Below, in pieces: positions 13,392-30,077 of a stretch of DNA of 64,000 bases. Below the pieces are notes generated by a model, which ran no database searches, had not been told where the DNA came from, and worked only from the letters and a program-made list of their open reading frames with translations. The stretch's first letter is position 1, and every line of letters begins with the position of its first letter. The position numbers were made by a program, and so were the translations under genes. This DNA is from the human T2T-CHM13v2.0 reference genome, Homo sapiens, in NCBI RefSeq assembly GCF_009914755.1, contig NC_060946.1; one strand, 5' to 3'.

Positions 13392-16300
13392 CACATAGTG
13401 TTTTATAAAAAACAATTTGTTTTAAAAAGCAACAAGAATTAAATTTTAAGGACATATATAAAAGCAGATGGTCCTGTGATATATCAAGAGGGTCTGGGTA
13501 AATAGCAGTGTCATTCTGACATTAGAGAGGGGACAGGGAGTCATTTATGGGTTCATTCACTCCATCCATCCATCCATCTTCACTTGCTTCCTGTCCACTG
13601 TGGCTGTCTCTGAACTTGTCACTGGCATTTGAGGGCGAACAGACCCCAGTTCCTGACCTCAGGGAGCTTACAGTTTAGAGAACACAGTCAAACGATAATC
13701 ACAGCCCAGCCCAATAATTTCTATGATGGGGTGAGCACAGGGGGTTCTATGGGGGTCCTAAGAACCCACCTGGGGATGGGGCCAGCCAGGAGAGGCTTCC
13801 TGGGGGAGTGGATGCCTGGGCCGCATTTTAGGGACACATTCCAAACAGACCCCGGGCCATACTGCCAGCAGCCGACACACTGGACCAAGGAGTACTTCCT
13901 GGGTAAAACTGCAGTGGGCGTTGGTAGAGTGGGGAATCGCAGGCCACTAACTTGAAGCCCAGCCACCTGGGTTTGAATGGAGCTCCTTCCTCTCTGTGCC
14001 TCGGTCTTCTCATGCAGAAAGTGGGGATAGTAACAGTACCTGATTTCTCGGATTGTTGGGAGGACTAAATGTCACGGCCCAGCATGCAGTAAGCACCATC
14101 CAAGTGTCTGCTATTGTTACTATTTAATGTGTCAGAACTTCAGCTCACTTATCTGTGAAATGGGGATATTAACAGTATCTATTATGGGAATTAAACTTGA
14201 TGGTCTACATAAGGAATTTGACATGGTGCCAGGCATGCAGTTGGCGCTTCTTAGGTGTTTGTGGCTGTTACTATTCTTATTGCCTCCCTGCCTACCTCTG
14301 ACACCCACAGCGCAGGCTCTAGGGTGCCCACTGGGCTTCTTGGGTCTAGGGGAACCCTGCCTCTGAGGCCGACAGGAGCCTGGGCCTCCCAGCCCAGCTG
14401 TTGTTTGTGTTTATAGCCTCCAAGGAAGCCCCCACTCAGAGCTTTGTCAGGCACTCCCAGCCGGGAAACCAAATACGCCTCCTGCAGACCAGCTGCAAAC
14501 TTGTGTTCCTGTCACTTTGGGTAACGCTTGTCCCATGGAGACAGCATGTCTCTACCACAGGCATCATTTTGCAGCCTGCACACCACGGTGGATGACTCAT
14601 CTGCCCTGCAGAGCTGGGGCTGCGGATCATTATGCGATGTAGGACCTTCCCCGGGGTGCCCTTGGAGGGAGTCCTAGTCTCCCTGGACGTCAGGTCCAGG
14701 GAGATACTGGGGGATCTGATTTAGGTAGCCACTCTGGTTCTTAGCTGAAAGACAGAACTGTCAGGCCTCATCAGAACCTGTTAGCACCTTGTCATGATGT
14801 TTGTTAAAACGATGTGTTTGGGAACTGAACAGTGGACACCAACATCATCATGTGGACTGGCATCTGTTTGGCACCGACCACATGCCAGGCATGTGCTAGT
14901 TCTCCCCAGACATTGACAGAATCCTGCCAACACCTCCAAGCTTCCCATTTTACAGATAGGGAAGTTGAGGCTAGAAAGGTTGAGTTGTTGTAGCTAGCAA
15001 GTGGTAGAGCTGGATTTGCTCTGGTCTGCTCGGTCATAGAGCCCTAGCTCAGAACTGCTAACCTGTCCCACCTGCAATACATCAGAGCATCAGGATAGGT
15101 TAATTTTATATCTGCAATCTAAAAGTTTGTGGTTTAGATTGCTAATCAGTAAGGGCTGTTAGCATATCTGTGGAATGTTTATAAAAACTGGTTTTATTGA
15201 AGCCCCAAGGAGTGAACCCCATTATTTCATCATTAATTAGGTGGGTGCACCGCCAACACTGTGAACAATCTGAATACATGCTCATTTAAAGGGGAATGAG
15301 CCAAACCCTTTACACTGACAGTTCACGCAGAACGTTTTGTAAACACTGGACATTAGCCAGCAGTCAGAGGTTAGCCATCAAGCTGCAGAGAGCTGCTGAG
15401 ACCTCCAGTCCCAGACCATTGATCACCAACAGAGTAAACTGAGGCACAGAGAAGGGCAGGGCCTTGCTTGAGGTCATCTAGGGAGTGGAGCCGGAGCTGA
15501 GGATGGCACCTGTGCTCATGACAACGGGTCAGGAGGTACAGCTCAGCCACATGCACACAGGTGCACACGGGTGTGCCCCTGTGGGTGGAGCCACAGAGCC
15601 GCAGCCCAGGTGGGCCCATCCAGCCCCCTCATTCAGAGGCTTGGGCACCCCTCCACCTCCCTGTTACTCTTGCCCTGTGTCTCTCTGCGCCCGTCTCCGT
15701 GCTTCTCAGTCTTGGGCTTGCTCTTTCGGTTCGGTCTTGCTCCCATCTCTGTCCTTGCTGCTTCTCTATCTGCCTCTGACTGCCTGTCTCTGTCTCCCTC
15801 TCCTCTTCTGCTCTCCCTCCTCCACACCAGGCTTGCACCAACCCCAGAGATGACCGCAAGGCCTTCCTGCCCCACTGAGTGGTGTCCACAGCATGTCCTG
15901 AGTAGCCTGCAGCCAGGAGATCAGCCCAGACCCTGGACCATCCCCCTGCCTCAGCCACCACATCCAGCCACACCTGACTACACCTGGCCACACCTGGCCC
16001 AGCCAGGCCACACCTACATTGTTGTCCTTGGAGCCCACTGAGGGGGAGTCAGTGGCTGCTGTCCCACAACTTTCCCTAAGAAGTGCCATTCCTCCCCTGA
16101 CATAGAGCTGGGGATGGGGCAAGACTTGGCTTGTGCTGTAACCAGAGGTGACACAGTGGTCTGCCCGGAAGCCCATCATACATCCTGACTTCTCTCTCAG
16201 CTGGGACCCAAGTCCATGGGAGGGGATGTTGTGCAGGTTTTTGCTGGCAGCTTTGAGAGAGGGTCCTGAGGGGTCTGCCCAGCCTCATATCCCATCTAGT

Positions 16301-17952
16301 TCCTTCTAGTCTGACCCCCTTCCTTCCCCTTCCCTTCCCTCCTCACCTCTCCCTTCTTCTCCCATCCCTTTCTTCTGTTTCTCCCTTCCTAACTTTCCTT
16401 CTCCTTCTTTCTTCCCTCCTTCCCTCCTTCCTATTTACTGAGCACTTACTATGTGCCAGGTACTGTAACTAAGCACTGAGAATTGTGACAAAAAACAGCG
16501 ACCCCCTTGGAGACTGCATGTGCTGGGAGGGACACACATTCAACGAGTCATACAAATAGTTTCAGTACCACCAACTGAGGCCAGGGCTCTGATGGGGAGG
16601 ATGCCCACGTAGACCACTGGGGATCAGGAAAGCCCCTAAGAGGAGCTGACATCAGTGTGCCATCTGAAGGATGAGTGGGCCTGGGCCCGTGGAGGCAGCA
16701 TCCTAGGCAGAGCCAACAGCTCAGACAGGGGCCTGTGGCACGATGGTGCCTTGTGTGTGTGAGGATCGCGTGGCCAAATCAGAACAGATGAGGAAAGAGG
16801 GTGAGATAAGGGCACCAGGAGTGAGTGCCGGTCAAGTGGGACCCACAGGGCCCAGTGAGGACCCCGGCTTTATCTTCAGAGTGCTGGAAGGGAGCTGCTG
16901 GAGGGATGGGAGCATGTGTGCCGAGGCCTTGCTGGACCTTCTGAAAAGACGGTCCTGACAGCTGGGCGTGCAGGGTGGATGTGGGACAGACTGGGGGACT
17001 TGGCCAATCCTTGGTCTCCAGCCCCTCCCCTTCTCCTTTTCCTGGGCCCAACTGAGACCACACCTGTGGATGCACTTCGGGATGGCCTGTGGTGACCAGA
17101 GCACTGGCCAGGGAGTCAGGACACTGGGTTTCAGGCCTGGCTGGGCATGCCTCCCACTGCTTGGTCCTTAGTTTTCCCCTCTATAAAATGGTTATTGAGG
17201 ACCCAGGAAAGCTCTCAGTGTCAAGCCAGAGCCAGGAGAATGTGCTGTCTTTGGATGTCTTTGGGTGCCAGGCAAACTCAGGTTCAAATCCCAGCTCCAC
17301 CCCTTCCAAACCATGTGACCTTGGGCATGCCAGATCGACTCCCTGGGCCTCAGTCTCCTCCTCTGTGAAATGGGTTCCTCATGGTTCCTACTTTATAGGC
17401 TTCTTGGGAGCTTTCCATGGCATAATGATTGGCACATTGTCAGCGCTCAGGAGTGTCAGCCCCTGCCATTATTGTTACTCTTATTGCTTGGCCATGGTAC
17501 TGGTCTGGCCTGGACACAGGATGAGAAGCTGCCTGGGCCCACAGGGGCACTGGGACAGAGCGTGTGTCCCCCACGCTGGCCTGGGCCCCATGACCACAGT
17601 GCTCCCTGCACAGCTGGGGGTATAGAATTGCAGAGGGGATTGGGACACACTTCTGGAATCTCTCAGAACTGCTCTGTCAGCTGTGTGCCACCGAGCACTG
17701 CCCTGACTCAGGGTTCTTTCTTAGGCGGATGTGTCAAACACCCCAAAATACATGCAGGTGTAATATTTTCTCTTTTTCCCATCCCCTGTGTAACTATGTC
17801 ACCTTTTCTATTTAAGAAACTCATGGTTACTCACTGCAAAAATATTATTCTCAGAAACATATTTCTCCAACAAATGTTTATTCCACAACTACTAGAGGTG
17901 AGGTGTTGTTCTAAGTGCTGGGGTACTGTGATGAATGAAAGAGCCTCTATAG

Positions 17953-18180
17953 ATCAGAGATCAGCAAACTACTGCCTGAAAGCAAAATCTAGCCGGCTAC
18001 TTCTTTTGTAAATAAAGTTTTATTGGGACACAGCCATGCACACTCATTTAGCTATGAGTCTTGTGCTGCCTTTGCATTAACAACAGCAGAATTGAGTAAC
18101 TGGAACAGAGACCATCATGACCCACAAAGCCCAAAATATTTACTATCTAGCCCTTTATAGAAAAAGTTTGCTAAACTCTG
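17953..18180. mobile_element. MER58A-like hAT-Charlie element
   Basis: gtaaataaagttttattgg..cacagccatg and aaaatatttactatct.gccctttatagaaaaagtttgc hallmarks. Confidence 0.7.
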
Positions 18181-18297
18181 GTGTAGATTGACTAAGAGCC
18201 TGTTTCTGATTGGTACTTAACTTATGATGTGTACATATACTCCCATTTATGTGTTTGTTTTCACAAAACTGGTGTCACAACACACATTGTTTTGTTA

Positions 18298-18636
<339 letters not shown>

Positions 18637-18674
18637 TTTTCTAGTTTATGGCAGACATCTTTCTGTGACAGTAA

Positions 18675-19005
<331 letters not shown>

Positions 19006-19935
19006 ATTCCTTGGCTGTATTTATCCATTGCATGGATATTGTATTTCACCGTCTCCTGCCTTATTGAACATTTAGGTTGTCTCTCGTATTTTGCAATAAT
19101 AACTAATCCTGCAGGGCGGTGTCCATGTTCATAGATCTTGGCAGGTATCTCTGATGGTTTCCTTGAGATAAATTTCTGGAGCAAAAGTTACTGAATTAAG
19201 GCTATGCAGATTTTAAATTTGGGGACATATATTATGGGTTGTTTTAATATAGCCTTTAGGGGGTACATGTTACCCTGTCTCCCCAAAGCTGTCCACTGAG
19301 GCACTTGTCTTTGCCTGCAAGACAAGGGCCCAGAGTTCTCACCTTCCAGTGGCTTTGGGGCTTGGCAAGCCAGTCCAGGCAAGTGGTTTTTAAACCTGCC
19401 AAGTCTTGAGGTTTTTCAGAGCATTGTAACCTACATCTCTTTCTGAGAGCCTCCTGATGCATCATAGAAAAGGTGGGGCAGGTAGAATGTTGGTGGCAGG
19501 AAGGAGCACTGGGAAAGGAGCCCAGAGCCTGGGTTCCAGTCTCCCCAGCTCCGCTTCCCACTCACCAGGAGAACTAAGAGCCCCATAGCTGTTCCTGCTT
19601 CTGGGCTTCCATTTTCTCATCTGAAAAGGAAGGGCCGACTGAATGGACTCAGGGGGTCCGTCCAGGTGTACATTACAGTATTCAGTCAACCTCATTTGAC
19701 ATACGACCAAACCAAGGTAGAGATTGGAGACTTGGATAAATGGAGACCAATTCAGGCAGAGCTCTCTGCCTGCCTTTTAATTCATCATGTGTATTTTCAG
19801 AGTATCTTGTATATTATCCACCTGCCTGCAGTCACTAAGGTGTTTTTTACAGCAGCCTGTGAAGCAAAAGAGTTGGAAGAATATCCTGCCTTAAAGCTAA
19901 TAAAACAACCTGACTTGTAGAAAGTGAGTTGCAGG

Positions 19936-20409
<474 letters not shown>

Positions 20410-20727
20410 CTAACTAGAGAAAGTGCTGATTAACAGCTTGCTTTCTTAAACTGCATTTACAAGATGAATTCCCTTAGGTAACCCTAGCCCCTGCATGACT
20501 CCAAATTTGACGGTCTGTGTTAAAGAGCAGAGAATGCAGTTATATTCACCATAACCTGCTTTGATTGAACATTGAGACACAGAGAAGTAGCTCGTCCAAG
20601 GTCACATAGCTACTATGTGGTGGTCTCTGGATTCAAGTCCAGGTGTTCTGGCTCTGGAAGCAGTGTTTGTTCAGGGAAGACTGCTGAGAAACTGGTAAAT
20701 GATAATTATTATACTGTGGAAAGTTCT

Positions 20728-20931
20728 ACAGCAGTGCTGTACACTACAGCTTTCTACAGTGATAGAAATGTATTCTCCATGCTGTTCAGCATGGTGGGTG
20801 GCTGTGGAGCTCTTGAAATATGGCTAGTGCCACAGGGGAACTGAATTCTTAGTATTAGTTAATGTCAATTTAAATTAAATTCAAATAGTCATAAGTGGCT
20901 AGTGGCTACTGTATCAGATGGCACAGATGTA
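20728..20931. mobile_element. MER3-like hAT-Charlie element
   Basis: tggctagtg...aatttaaattaaat...gtggctagtggctactgtat pattern. Confidence 0.6.
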
Positions 20932-23678
20932 GAGACCTGAGGTCTAGGGGACAATGGGAGCCTGGGGCCTCCTGAGCCAGCCCTCAGGGTAGGACGGTGG
21001 GAAAGTTCTGGGAAGGCTTCCTGGCCATCAAAGTTGAAATCTGAATGGTAACTTGGAGGTGGTGGCTGCTCCACCAGGCCTGGAGGTGAGAGGGAGGAAT
21101 GTGAGGGGAGGGAAATGGGGCTGGAGGAGCCAGTGGGAGGGACTGGGGGGTGAGAGGAGGGGTATGGGAGGAGGGAAGCAACACTGAAGGAGCTGCTGAG
21201 CCCACCAGGCCCCGCACCCATGCAGGTCCCGCAGGCCGTAACCCTTTCCCTAACCCCAGCCCTTACCCGGAGGGACGTGGGGGGCTGTGGAAGGGCTTTG
21301 AGCAGGGACCTATTCAGTTTTGGAAAGTAGAATGAGAAGCACATACAGGGCGAAGGATGCCAGGGGAGGTCCCTCGGAAGCTGCCGCCGTGGGTGAACAG
21401 ATAGCTGGTCATAGCTGGAAGGAATGTTGTTCGAGAAAGAGACTTTGAAGGACTGAGGATCGATGCAGTATGGCAGTGAAGGAGAGAGAGGAGGGAGCAG
21501 CGCTGGCCTCAGGACCCTCAGTCTGGCATTAGGCGGTGGAGGGAGAAAACCCATCCATCCCTGACTCTTGGAGAGTTCAGATCCCTGAACCTGAATCCCA
21601 AACCTCTGTGGGGGAGGGCACACAGATGGTTGTATAAAGGGAAGCCACCATGTTTTGGTTGGACACCATTTATCCCCAGGGCCATCCGCAAGAGGTCTGG
21701 AAACTGCCCCCCTGCCGCCTGCCCTGGTTTCACCCTCAGCAATGGACTTGACCTTTTGGTTTCTAGGGGGCCCCTGCAAATTCCTTCTTCCATCACTCAG
21801 CCCTGAGGGGGATCCCCCTCTCTCAGGGATTTTAAGAACCTTTTGCCAAGGCTCCATTCCCCTGCCTGACTCCAAAGAGGGCCTGAAAATTGCTGTCATC
21901 ATGACGGTTCCCATCTCCTGGGTACCCATTTATGTGCCAGGCAGTGAGCTTAACACTTTCTGAAGATTATCTGTTGATACCTCAAAACAGTCCTTGTTTT
22001 TCCAGTGTGAAAACTGAGGCTTGGATGGGTGGGGTCACTTAGCCAGGCCACACAGCTGGGCAGAGCAGAGACAGCAAGCCCTGCCCTGCGTCCCCACCCT
22101 CGCTATAAGCTGTCACTCCTCTGCCTCCCGCTGAGCTTAGCATACACAGGCACAAGCCCAGCATCCACCTTGCAGCCTCGGGACAACAAGCTGCTTGGGA
22201 CAACGATGTCTTGTCCTCCACCAGAAACAACCCCTAAGTCCCCAGCATCTGGCCTCTGAATCTGACCTCTGAAGGGCATTAAGTTAGGGAATGGCCAGTT
22301 CCATCACATCTTTGAAAACAGTAAGGAGCTGGGAGCGGGCTCAGATGACCACTTCTAGCCCTGCGTCCCAGGGAGAATTCTGTCGATGGTGCTGTGCCTC
22401 TGAGTATATCAGGTGACCTTGCCTTGCAAGGCAAAAACATAACACTCCCCAGCAGGGCCTGAGTGCATCCCTACAGCGTGCTAACAGCTATCCCTATGTG
22501 CTGCCCGTAGGCTTGGAAGTTAGGCAGCCTCTTCCAAAGCTGGCTTGCTCATCTGGATCCCAAAGCCCTTTGACCTGGTGACTCTATACCTAGTAATTTC
22601 TCTTACGGGAATAATTGCAGAGATGTGTTGATTTAGCCTCAGGGGTGTTCGTCATATTATTGATTATAGTGGTGAAGAAAATCCTCAGCAACCAAAAGTC
22701 CCAGCACTTGGGGACTGGTTAATTGGAAGATGCTGCATCCGAAAAGTGAAATATTCTTCAGCCAGTAAAATGGTGATGTAGGTGAATTGATCCTGAGAAA
22801 ATTCCGGGCAGGACTATGAGAGAATACTGTCTTTGGGTGATAAGTTCTTTTAAAATGTATTCTTTGTGATTTTCCGTTACTCCTAAATGTTTTACAGTGA
22901 GTAAGGTGTTATGTTGTAACTAGAGACAGAAAAGCTTCTACAGACAGTAGAATTAAGAGTGGACAGCAGCTCTTATTTGGGTCTATGAGTGTAGCCATTT
23001 AGCAGGGGTGACTGAGGGATTTATTCTGAATTCCCGTCCTTGTATACACCTCATTCACAGTATTCCCACGAACATCATGGGGTACATGAGTATCTCTAAA
23101 AGGCAAGAGAAAGAGAATGGAAAGGAGGTGACCATTTATGGGATGTTTCCTGAGTGCTGGGCCCTGTTCTAGGAGCTGTCAAGTTTGCACCTGTGCCCTG
23201 GGGGTGACCATTATTTTCTCACTGAATTCTTGTAACTTCTCTGCAATTCAGAGAGGGAAGCCAGAGCCCTGAGGCCACACAGCAGGCTTTTCCCCAGGTG
23301 CCCACTCATTCTGCAGGACCACATGGACCACAAGTGCTGTCTCGGCTCAGTGTGGTTCCAGAGAACCTGAGAAGAGGCTGGCTCCCCTGCCTGGGAAGAA
23401 GATAAACTGCTGAGGAACAATCAGCCCACCTCCGTTAACTAAGCACCTACTGCGTGCCAGGCAGGCTCCAAGAGGGGAACAGAAACATTGGAGCATCCCA
23501 GTCTTAAAGGGCACATCTGATGAGTTGCAGAATCCTAGAGCCTGCGTCTGTGCCGTGACCTCCCACGCCCAGTTCCCCGGTGCCTAGCATGTAGTAGGAG
23601 CTCAGTAAATATCTGTTGTGTAATATAAATTATGTGTCACGTTCTGCCTGGTACAATTGATAAGTCATCCAGGGTATA

Positions 23679-23973
<295 letters not shown>

Positions 23974-24393
23974 TTAGGGAGGAGATATCACCATGGGTTG
24001 CAATAGCTTTGTTTAAGAAGGATGGATAGGGAGGTGGAATGATACAAACAAGGCTGCAGAGGCCAGGAGTGTGTGAGGCTTGTGTGGGTATGGTATGTAG
24101 TAAGCCAAAGAGTGTGGGATAGAGAGTTTGTTTGGAGCAAGGGTAGGGGATGGGATCAGACAGGAAATGTGGGGGCTCACTTTCAAGGGGCCTTGGATTT
24201 CTACGTGAGGACAATAGGGAACCCCGGAAGGTTTTTGAGCAGGAGATGATATGAAGCATATTCCAGCAGAATGTGCCTCCTGATCTCAAATGGAACAGAA
24301 CGTAAGGAGTAAAGATGAGCCCTGTTTGTCTTTCTGGGCCAGTCTTATGCCCTAACCCCCATCTCCAAATTCCTCATCAAAAGACAGTGACTG

Positions 24394-24700
24394 GGGCTGG
24401 GCGTGGTGCCTCACCATGCAATGTAATTGCAATGCTTTGAGAGGCTGAGGCAGGAGGATTTCTTGAGCCCAGGAGATTAAGACCAGCCTGGGCAACATGA
24501 CGAGACCCCATCTCTACAAAAAAAATTTTTTAAATAGCTGGGTGTGGTAGTGTATACCTATACTCCCAGCTACTTGGGAGTCTCAGGCAGGAGGATTACT
24601 TGAGCCCCAGAGGCCAAGGCTGGAGTGAGCTGTGATTGCACCACTGTACTCCAGCCTAGGTGACAGAGTAAGACCTTGTCTCAAAAAAAAAAAAAAAAAA
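24394..24700 (+). mobile_element. AluJ
   Basis: Alu consensus with A tail. Confidence 0.88.
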
Positions 24701-25187
24701 GGTGACTGAGAGCGTCATTCAAAGCTTCAAAGCTCAGGCAGCCAAGGCCGTCTGAGTCATCAGTGTGCCAACGGCCCATCCAAGGATTGGACTTTTGGTT
24801 TTGTCTTGAGGGCACCAGCTTCTCCCCACTCAACAAAGCACAAGCCTAAGTGGCAGCCACTTCAGTGGCCACATCACAGGGAATGGGCTTTTAATTTGCG
24901 AAGCAGACAAATGAGGGAAGACAGCAGTTCAGTCATTTAATGGGGATTTATGGCCTTTCCACCGTGTGCCAGGCTTGGCCCTGTGGTCAGTTCTGTGCTA
25001 ATCAGCACCCTTGCTCCCTGCGTGCCCTCTCTGAGTGCCCAGGCCGAGGGCCGAGACCAGCAACAGACCGGGTTGCAACAGCCCAAGGGATTGATGTTGC
25101 CTGAAGCGCAGTGGTTTGGACCTGGGGGTTGAATTCCACTTCGCTGGCTGTTTACTGGCTATTTGATTTGGGGCGTGTAATTTCATG

Positions 25188-25473
25188 TTTTTTGTTTGAG
25201 ATGGAGTGTCTCTCTGTCGCCCAGGCTGGAGTGGTGCAATCTTGGCTCATTGCAAGCTCCGCCTCCCGAGTTCACGCCGTTCTCCTGCCTCAGCCTCCCA
25301 AGTAGCTGGAACTATAGGCGCCTGCCACCACACCCAGCTAATTTTTTATATTTTTAGTAGAGATGAGGTTTCACCATGTTAGCCAGGATGGTCTCGATCT
25401 CCTGACCTCGTGATCCGCCCACCTCGGCCTCCCAAAGTACTGGGATTACAAGAGTGAGCCACCATGCCCGGCC
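25188..25473 (-). mobile_element. AluY-like element inserted in a MIR
   Basis: TSD gtaatttcatgttttt; the MIR core (cctcaattttatcatctgtaaaatggg) resumes after it. Confidence 0.88.
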
Positions 25474-25891
25474 GTAATTTCATGTTTTTAAGCCTCAATT
25501 TTATCATCTGTAAAATGGGGATCGTAATAAGATCCACCCCATGGGATTGTCGAGGGACTGTAGTTCAACCAGGTGATCTCATGTCAAGAGCTCAGCCCAA
25601 TGCCTGTCCCAAGTTCGGTGCTCCATGGATGTTCTGTCTGGTGATGCGGTTGGGAAACACGGTGGTGGTAGGAACCTGGGCAAGCGGGTGCATGGAGCTT
25701 CCCCCAGCCAGATCCATGAGTCTGAGTAACACTGAAGATGAGAGAAGTGTGCCCAGGCTGTACTGTGAGGAGGAGAGAGGGCCATTGAGGTGGGGGCCAG
25801 GCGATGCCCTGCAGGGCTCCACATGCCAGGTAGGGTGACCACTTCATCCCAGTTGGCCCACTTTTAGCACTGAAAGTCCTGTATCCTGTGA

Positions 25892-26200
<309 letters not shown>

Positions 26201-26378
26201 TAGGACGCGTGCGACGGGATTCTGGCTGCAAAGGGGGCAGCTGGGCTGGAGTTGCTGCAGCCCACCCACCTCCTGATTTCTATATTGCTAAAACCTCCAG
26301 TCTGTAATTATAAAAGGAACCCATTCTTCTTTTAAAAAGGAAATTAGGAAGTACAAAAAAATAATAATAAAGATTATG

Positions 26379-27004
26379 GGCCGGGTGCGGTGGCTCACGT
26401 CTGTAATCCCAGCACTTTGGGAGGCTGAGGCGGGCGGATTGCCTGAGCTCAGGAGTTCGAGACCAGACTGGGAAACATGGTGGAACCCCGTCTCTACTAA
26501 AATACAAAAAATTAGCTGGGTGTGGCAGCGTACCCCTGTAATCCCAGCTACTTGGGAGGCTGAGGCAGGAGAATCAATCACTTGAACCTGGGAGGCGGAG
26601 GTTGCAGTGAGCCGGGATTGTGCCACTGCACTCCAGCCTGGGGGACAGAGCAAGACTCCGTCTCAAAAAAACAAACAAAAAAAGATTATGGGTCAGCCAC
26701 AGTGGCTCACACCTGTAATCCCAGCACTTTGGGAAGCCCAGGCGGGCAGATCACTTGAGGCCTGGAGTTTGAGACCAGCCTGGCCAACATGGCGAAACCC
26801 CATCTCTACTAAAAACGCAAAAAAAATTAGCTGGGTGTGGTGGTGGGCACCTGTGATGCCAGCTGCTCAGGAGGCTGAAGCACAAGAATCACTTGAACCC
26901 GGGAGGTGGAGGCTGCAGTAAGCCAAGATTGCGCCAATGCACTCAATCCAGCCTGGGCGACAGAGAGAGACACCTTGTCTAAAAAAAAAAAATAATAATA
27001 ATAA
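26379..27004 (+). mobile_element. Two tandem sense AluS elements (26379-26682, 26691-27004)
   Basis: Two Alu dimers; the first is flanked by TSD aaagattatg. Confidence 0.9.
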
Positions 27005-28205
27005 TGATATATGAAATATCCAAGATAGGCAAATACCATAGAGACAGAAAACAGATGAGGCGCTGGGGTGGAGAGGGAATGGGGAGTGGCTGCTTCGTGG
27101 GTATCTGGTTTCCTTTTGGGGTGATGGAAATTTCTAGGATGACAGTGATGATGGCTCCACAACACTGTGACTGTCCTGCATGTGACCAATGGCAAATTGT
27201 ATTTTACCACAGTGATAAAAATGATAAAGTCACCAATATTAAAGTTGGCAGGAGGGTGATAGAATTGAAAATGGATAAGAAAAAGTAAAAGGAAAGCAAA
27301 GGTTTTTTACAGTGCCCGAGAAAGCTGTTTTTCCCACTGACCCATGAAATATGTGTTTAGTTATGAGCTTACTTAAATTTATCTAGAATACCCCTGCAAG
27401 AGCACTGGACTGAGAGTCTGGAAACCCAGGTCTTGGTTTTGCACATGTCACTGTGTGACCCTAGGAGCCCGTTCCTCTCTCGGGGTCTCCATTCCCCAGT
27501 TCTGACTCAGGACCTGTGGGACCTGGAGTGTGGACTTAGGTGCACCCCTGAGGGGGTGCTCCCTGCTGTCCTGCAGAGACAATGCAACTTCCCCTCCTCG
27601 GGCCACCCCAGGAGCATGGCACACCCAGCCTTGGACAGTGGTGCCACCTGCTGTCTCTCAGTGCTGTTACCTTCATCCCGTGTGGATTTGCCTCAATCCA
27701 CCTTACAACCCTAACATCCTCCATATGACAAGTAATAAAATCACCCCAGAGCTGACAGAAAGCACGATGAAATGCCAGCACACCTGTGGAAAGTTCTGCT
27801 CAAGGGAGCAGACTGGTGGTCTTGAGAGTAGGCCCACTTGTCAGGTGTGCCCACCTGTCCTTTCTCAAGGCGAGGGTTTCCCATGACCTGGAGGCTTTGC
27901 TAGGCTATTGGCTTAGGTGTTCTTTTTAATATGTGGATGGAGGCAGGGCAGGAGGTTTTTAATGACTTGAATTATCTGTAAATTTTCTATCTTACATTAT
28001 TCCAATGACCCAAGTGATACCTGATTATATTATCATAGGAAGAGATTTCAGAAGTAGGAGAGAGCCAAGGACATGGACGCTGGAGTCAGACTGCCTGGGC
28101 TCAATCCCAGTCCTGTTGCTGGGGACAAGCTAATTTACATCTCTATGCCTCAGTTTCCTCACCTTTAACAAGGTGAATAAGAATACTTAAGTTCATGAGG
28201 CCAAT

Positions 28206-28555
28206 TATATTAGTCTGTTTTCACACTGCTATACAGAACTACCTGAGACTGGGTAATTTGTAAAGGAAAGAGGTTTAATTGACTCACAGTTCTGCAGGGC
28301 TGGGGAAGCCTCAGGAAACTTACAATCATGGCGGAAGGTGAAGGGGAAGCAAGGCACGTCCTACCTGGCAGCAGGAGAGAGAGAACGGGAAGGTGCCACA
28401 CACTTTTAAACCATCAGATCTTGTGAGAGCTCACTCACTATCATGAGAACAGCAAGGAGGACATCTGCCCCCATTATCCAATCACTTCCCCCCACCAGGC
28501 CCTTCCTCCAATTCGACATGAGATTTAGTTGGGGACACAAATCCAAACCATGTCA
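28206..28555 (-). mobile_element. MaLR solo LTR (MST/THE1 family)
   Basis: tattagtctgttttcacactgct...aggcctcaggaaacttacaatcatggcggaagg...aaaccatgtca; near-TSD ccaat/ccaac. Confidence 0.85.
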
Positions 28556-29405
28556 CCAACCCTAACTTGTAGGATTGTGGCAGTTATAGGCTAATCCTCA
28601 TAGGATTATTGGAGAGGACTGAATGACACATTTTTTAGCACAATGCTTGGCACATAGTAAGTGCTCAGTAGATTTTTATTAAATGACTGAATGAATAAGT
28701 GAATGAAATAATGCAGGTCCCACCACCTGCTCTTCCATAGGTAACTGCTGATAACAATTTGATCTACATCAGCACTGCCCAGCAGAAATACAACATGATG
28801 ATTTGATCCTTATGCAATATATACATGTATTGAAACACCACTCTGTACCCCGGAAACGTGTAATTACTATGTATCGATTATAAATAAAAAAGAATTATAA
28901 TGTAAGCTGCAAATGCAAGACATATATGTAATTTAAAATGTCCTGGTAGCTACACCAAAAGAATAAAAAGAAATAAGTGAAATTCAATTTAGGGATGTAT
29001 TTTATCAGAACCAAGGGATCCAAAATACTATCATTTCCACATGTAATTAACATGAAAAGTTATTAGCGAGGCAGTTTACATTCTTTTTTTCTATTCAAAG
29101 TATTGGAAATCCAGTGTGTAAGGTATAGGAAATCCAGTGTGTAAGATGCTCACGGCATATCTCAGCTCTGTCACTTGCTCCATTGCAAGGACCCAACAAC
29201 CACCTGTGATAAGCAGCTTCCGTCCAGGACAGCGCAGGGCCAAAGGATCTTGAGTGGCACAGGACTGACTCCTCCCATTCTGCACCTGGCCAGGTGTTCC
29301 AGGCAGTGCCTTAAACAGCACCTCGCTGGCACATCTTGTGCTGTTTCCAAAGAGGGTCTTCTGCTGGGATGTTCTGTCTGTTGTTACTTGGCTTATAAAA
29401 CATAA

Positions 29406-30077
<672 letters not shown>

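Noticed and set aside
17089-18011. 178-aa and 213-aa + strand ORFs
   Set aside because: They overlap MIR/L2 fragments, with no domain or convincing exon boundaries.
20889-21929. 346-aa minus-strand ORF
   Set aside because: Pro/Ser-rich with no recognisable domain or splice architecture, and it runs through L2/MER-like relics; consistent with a chance ORF in GC-rich intron.
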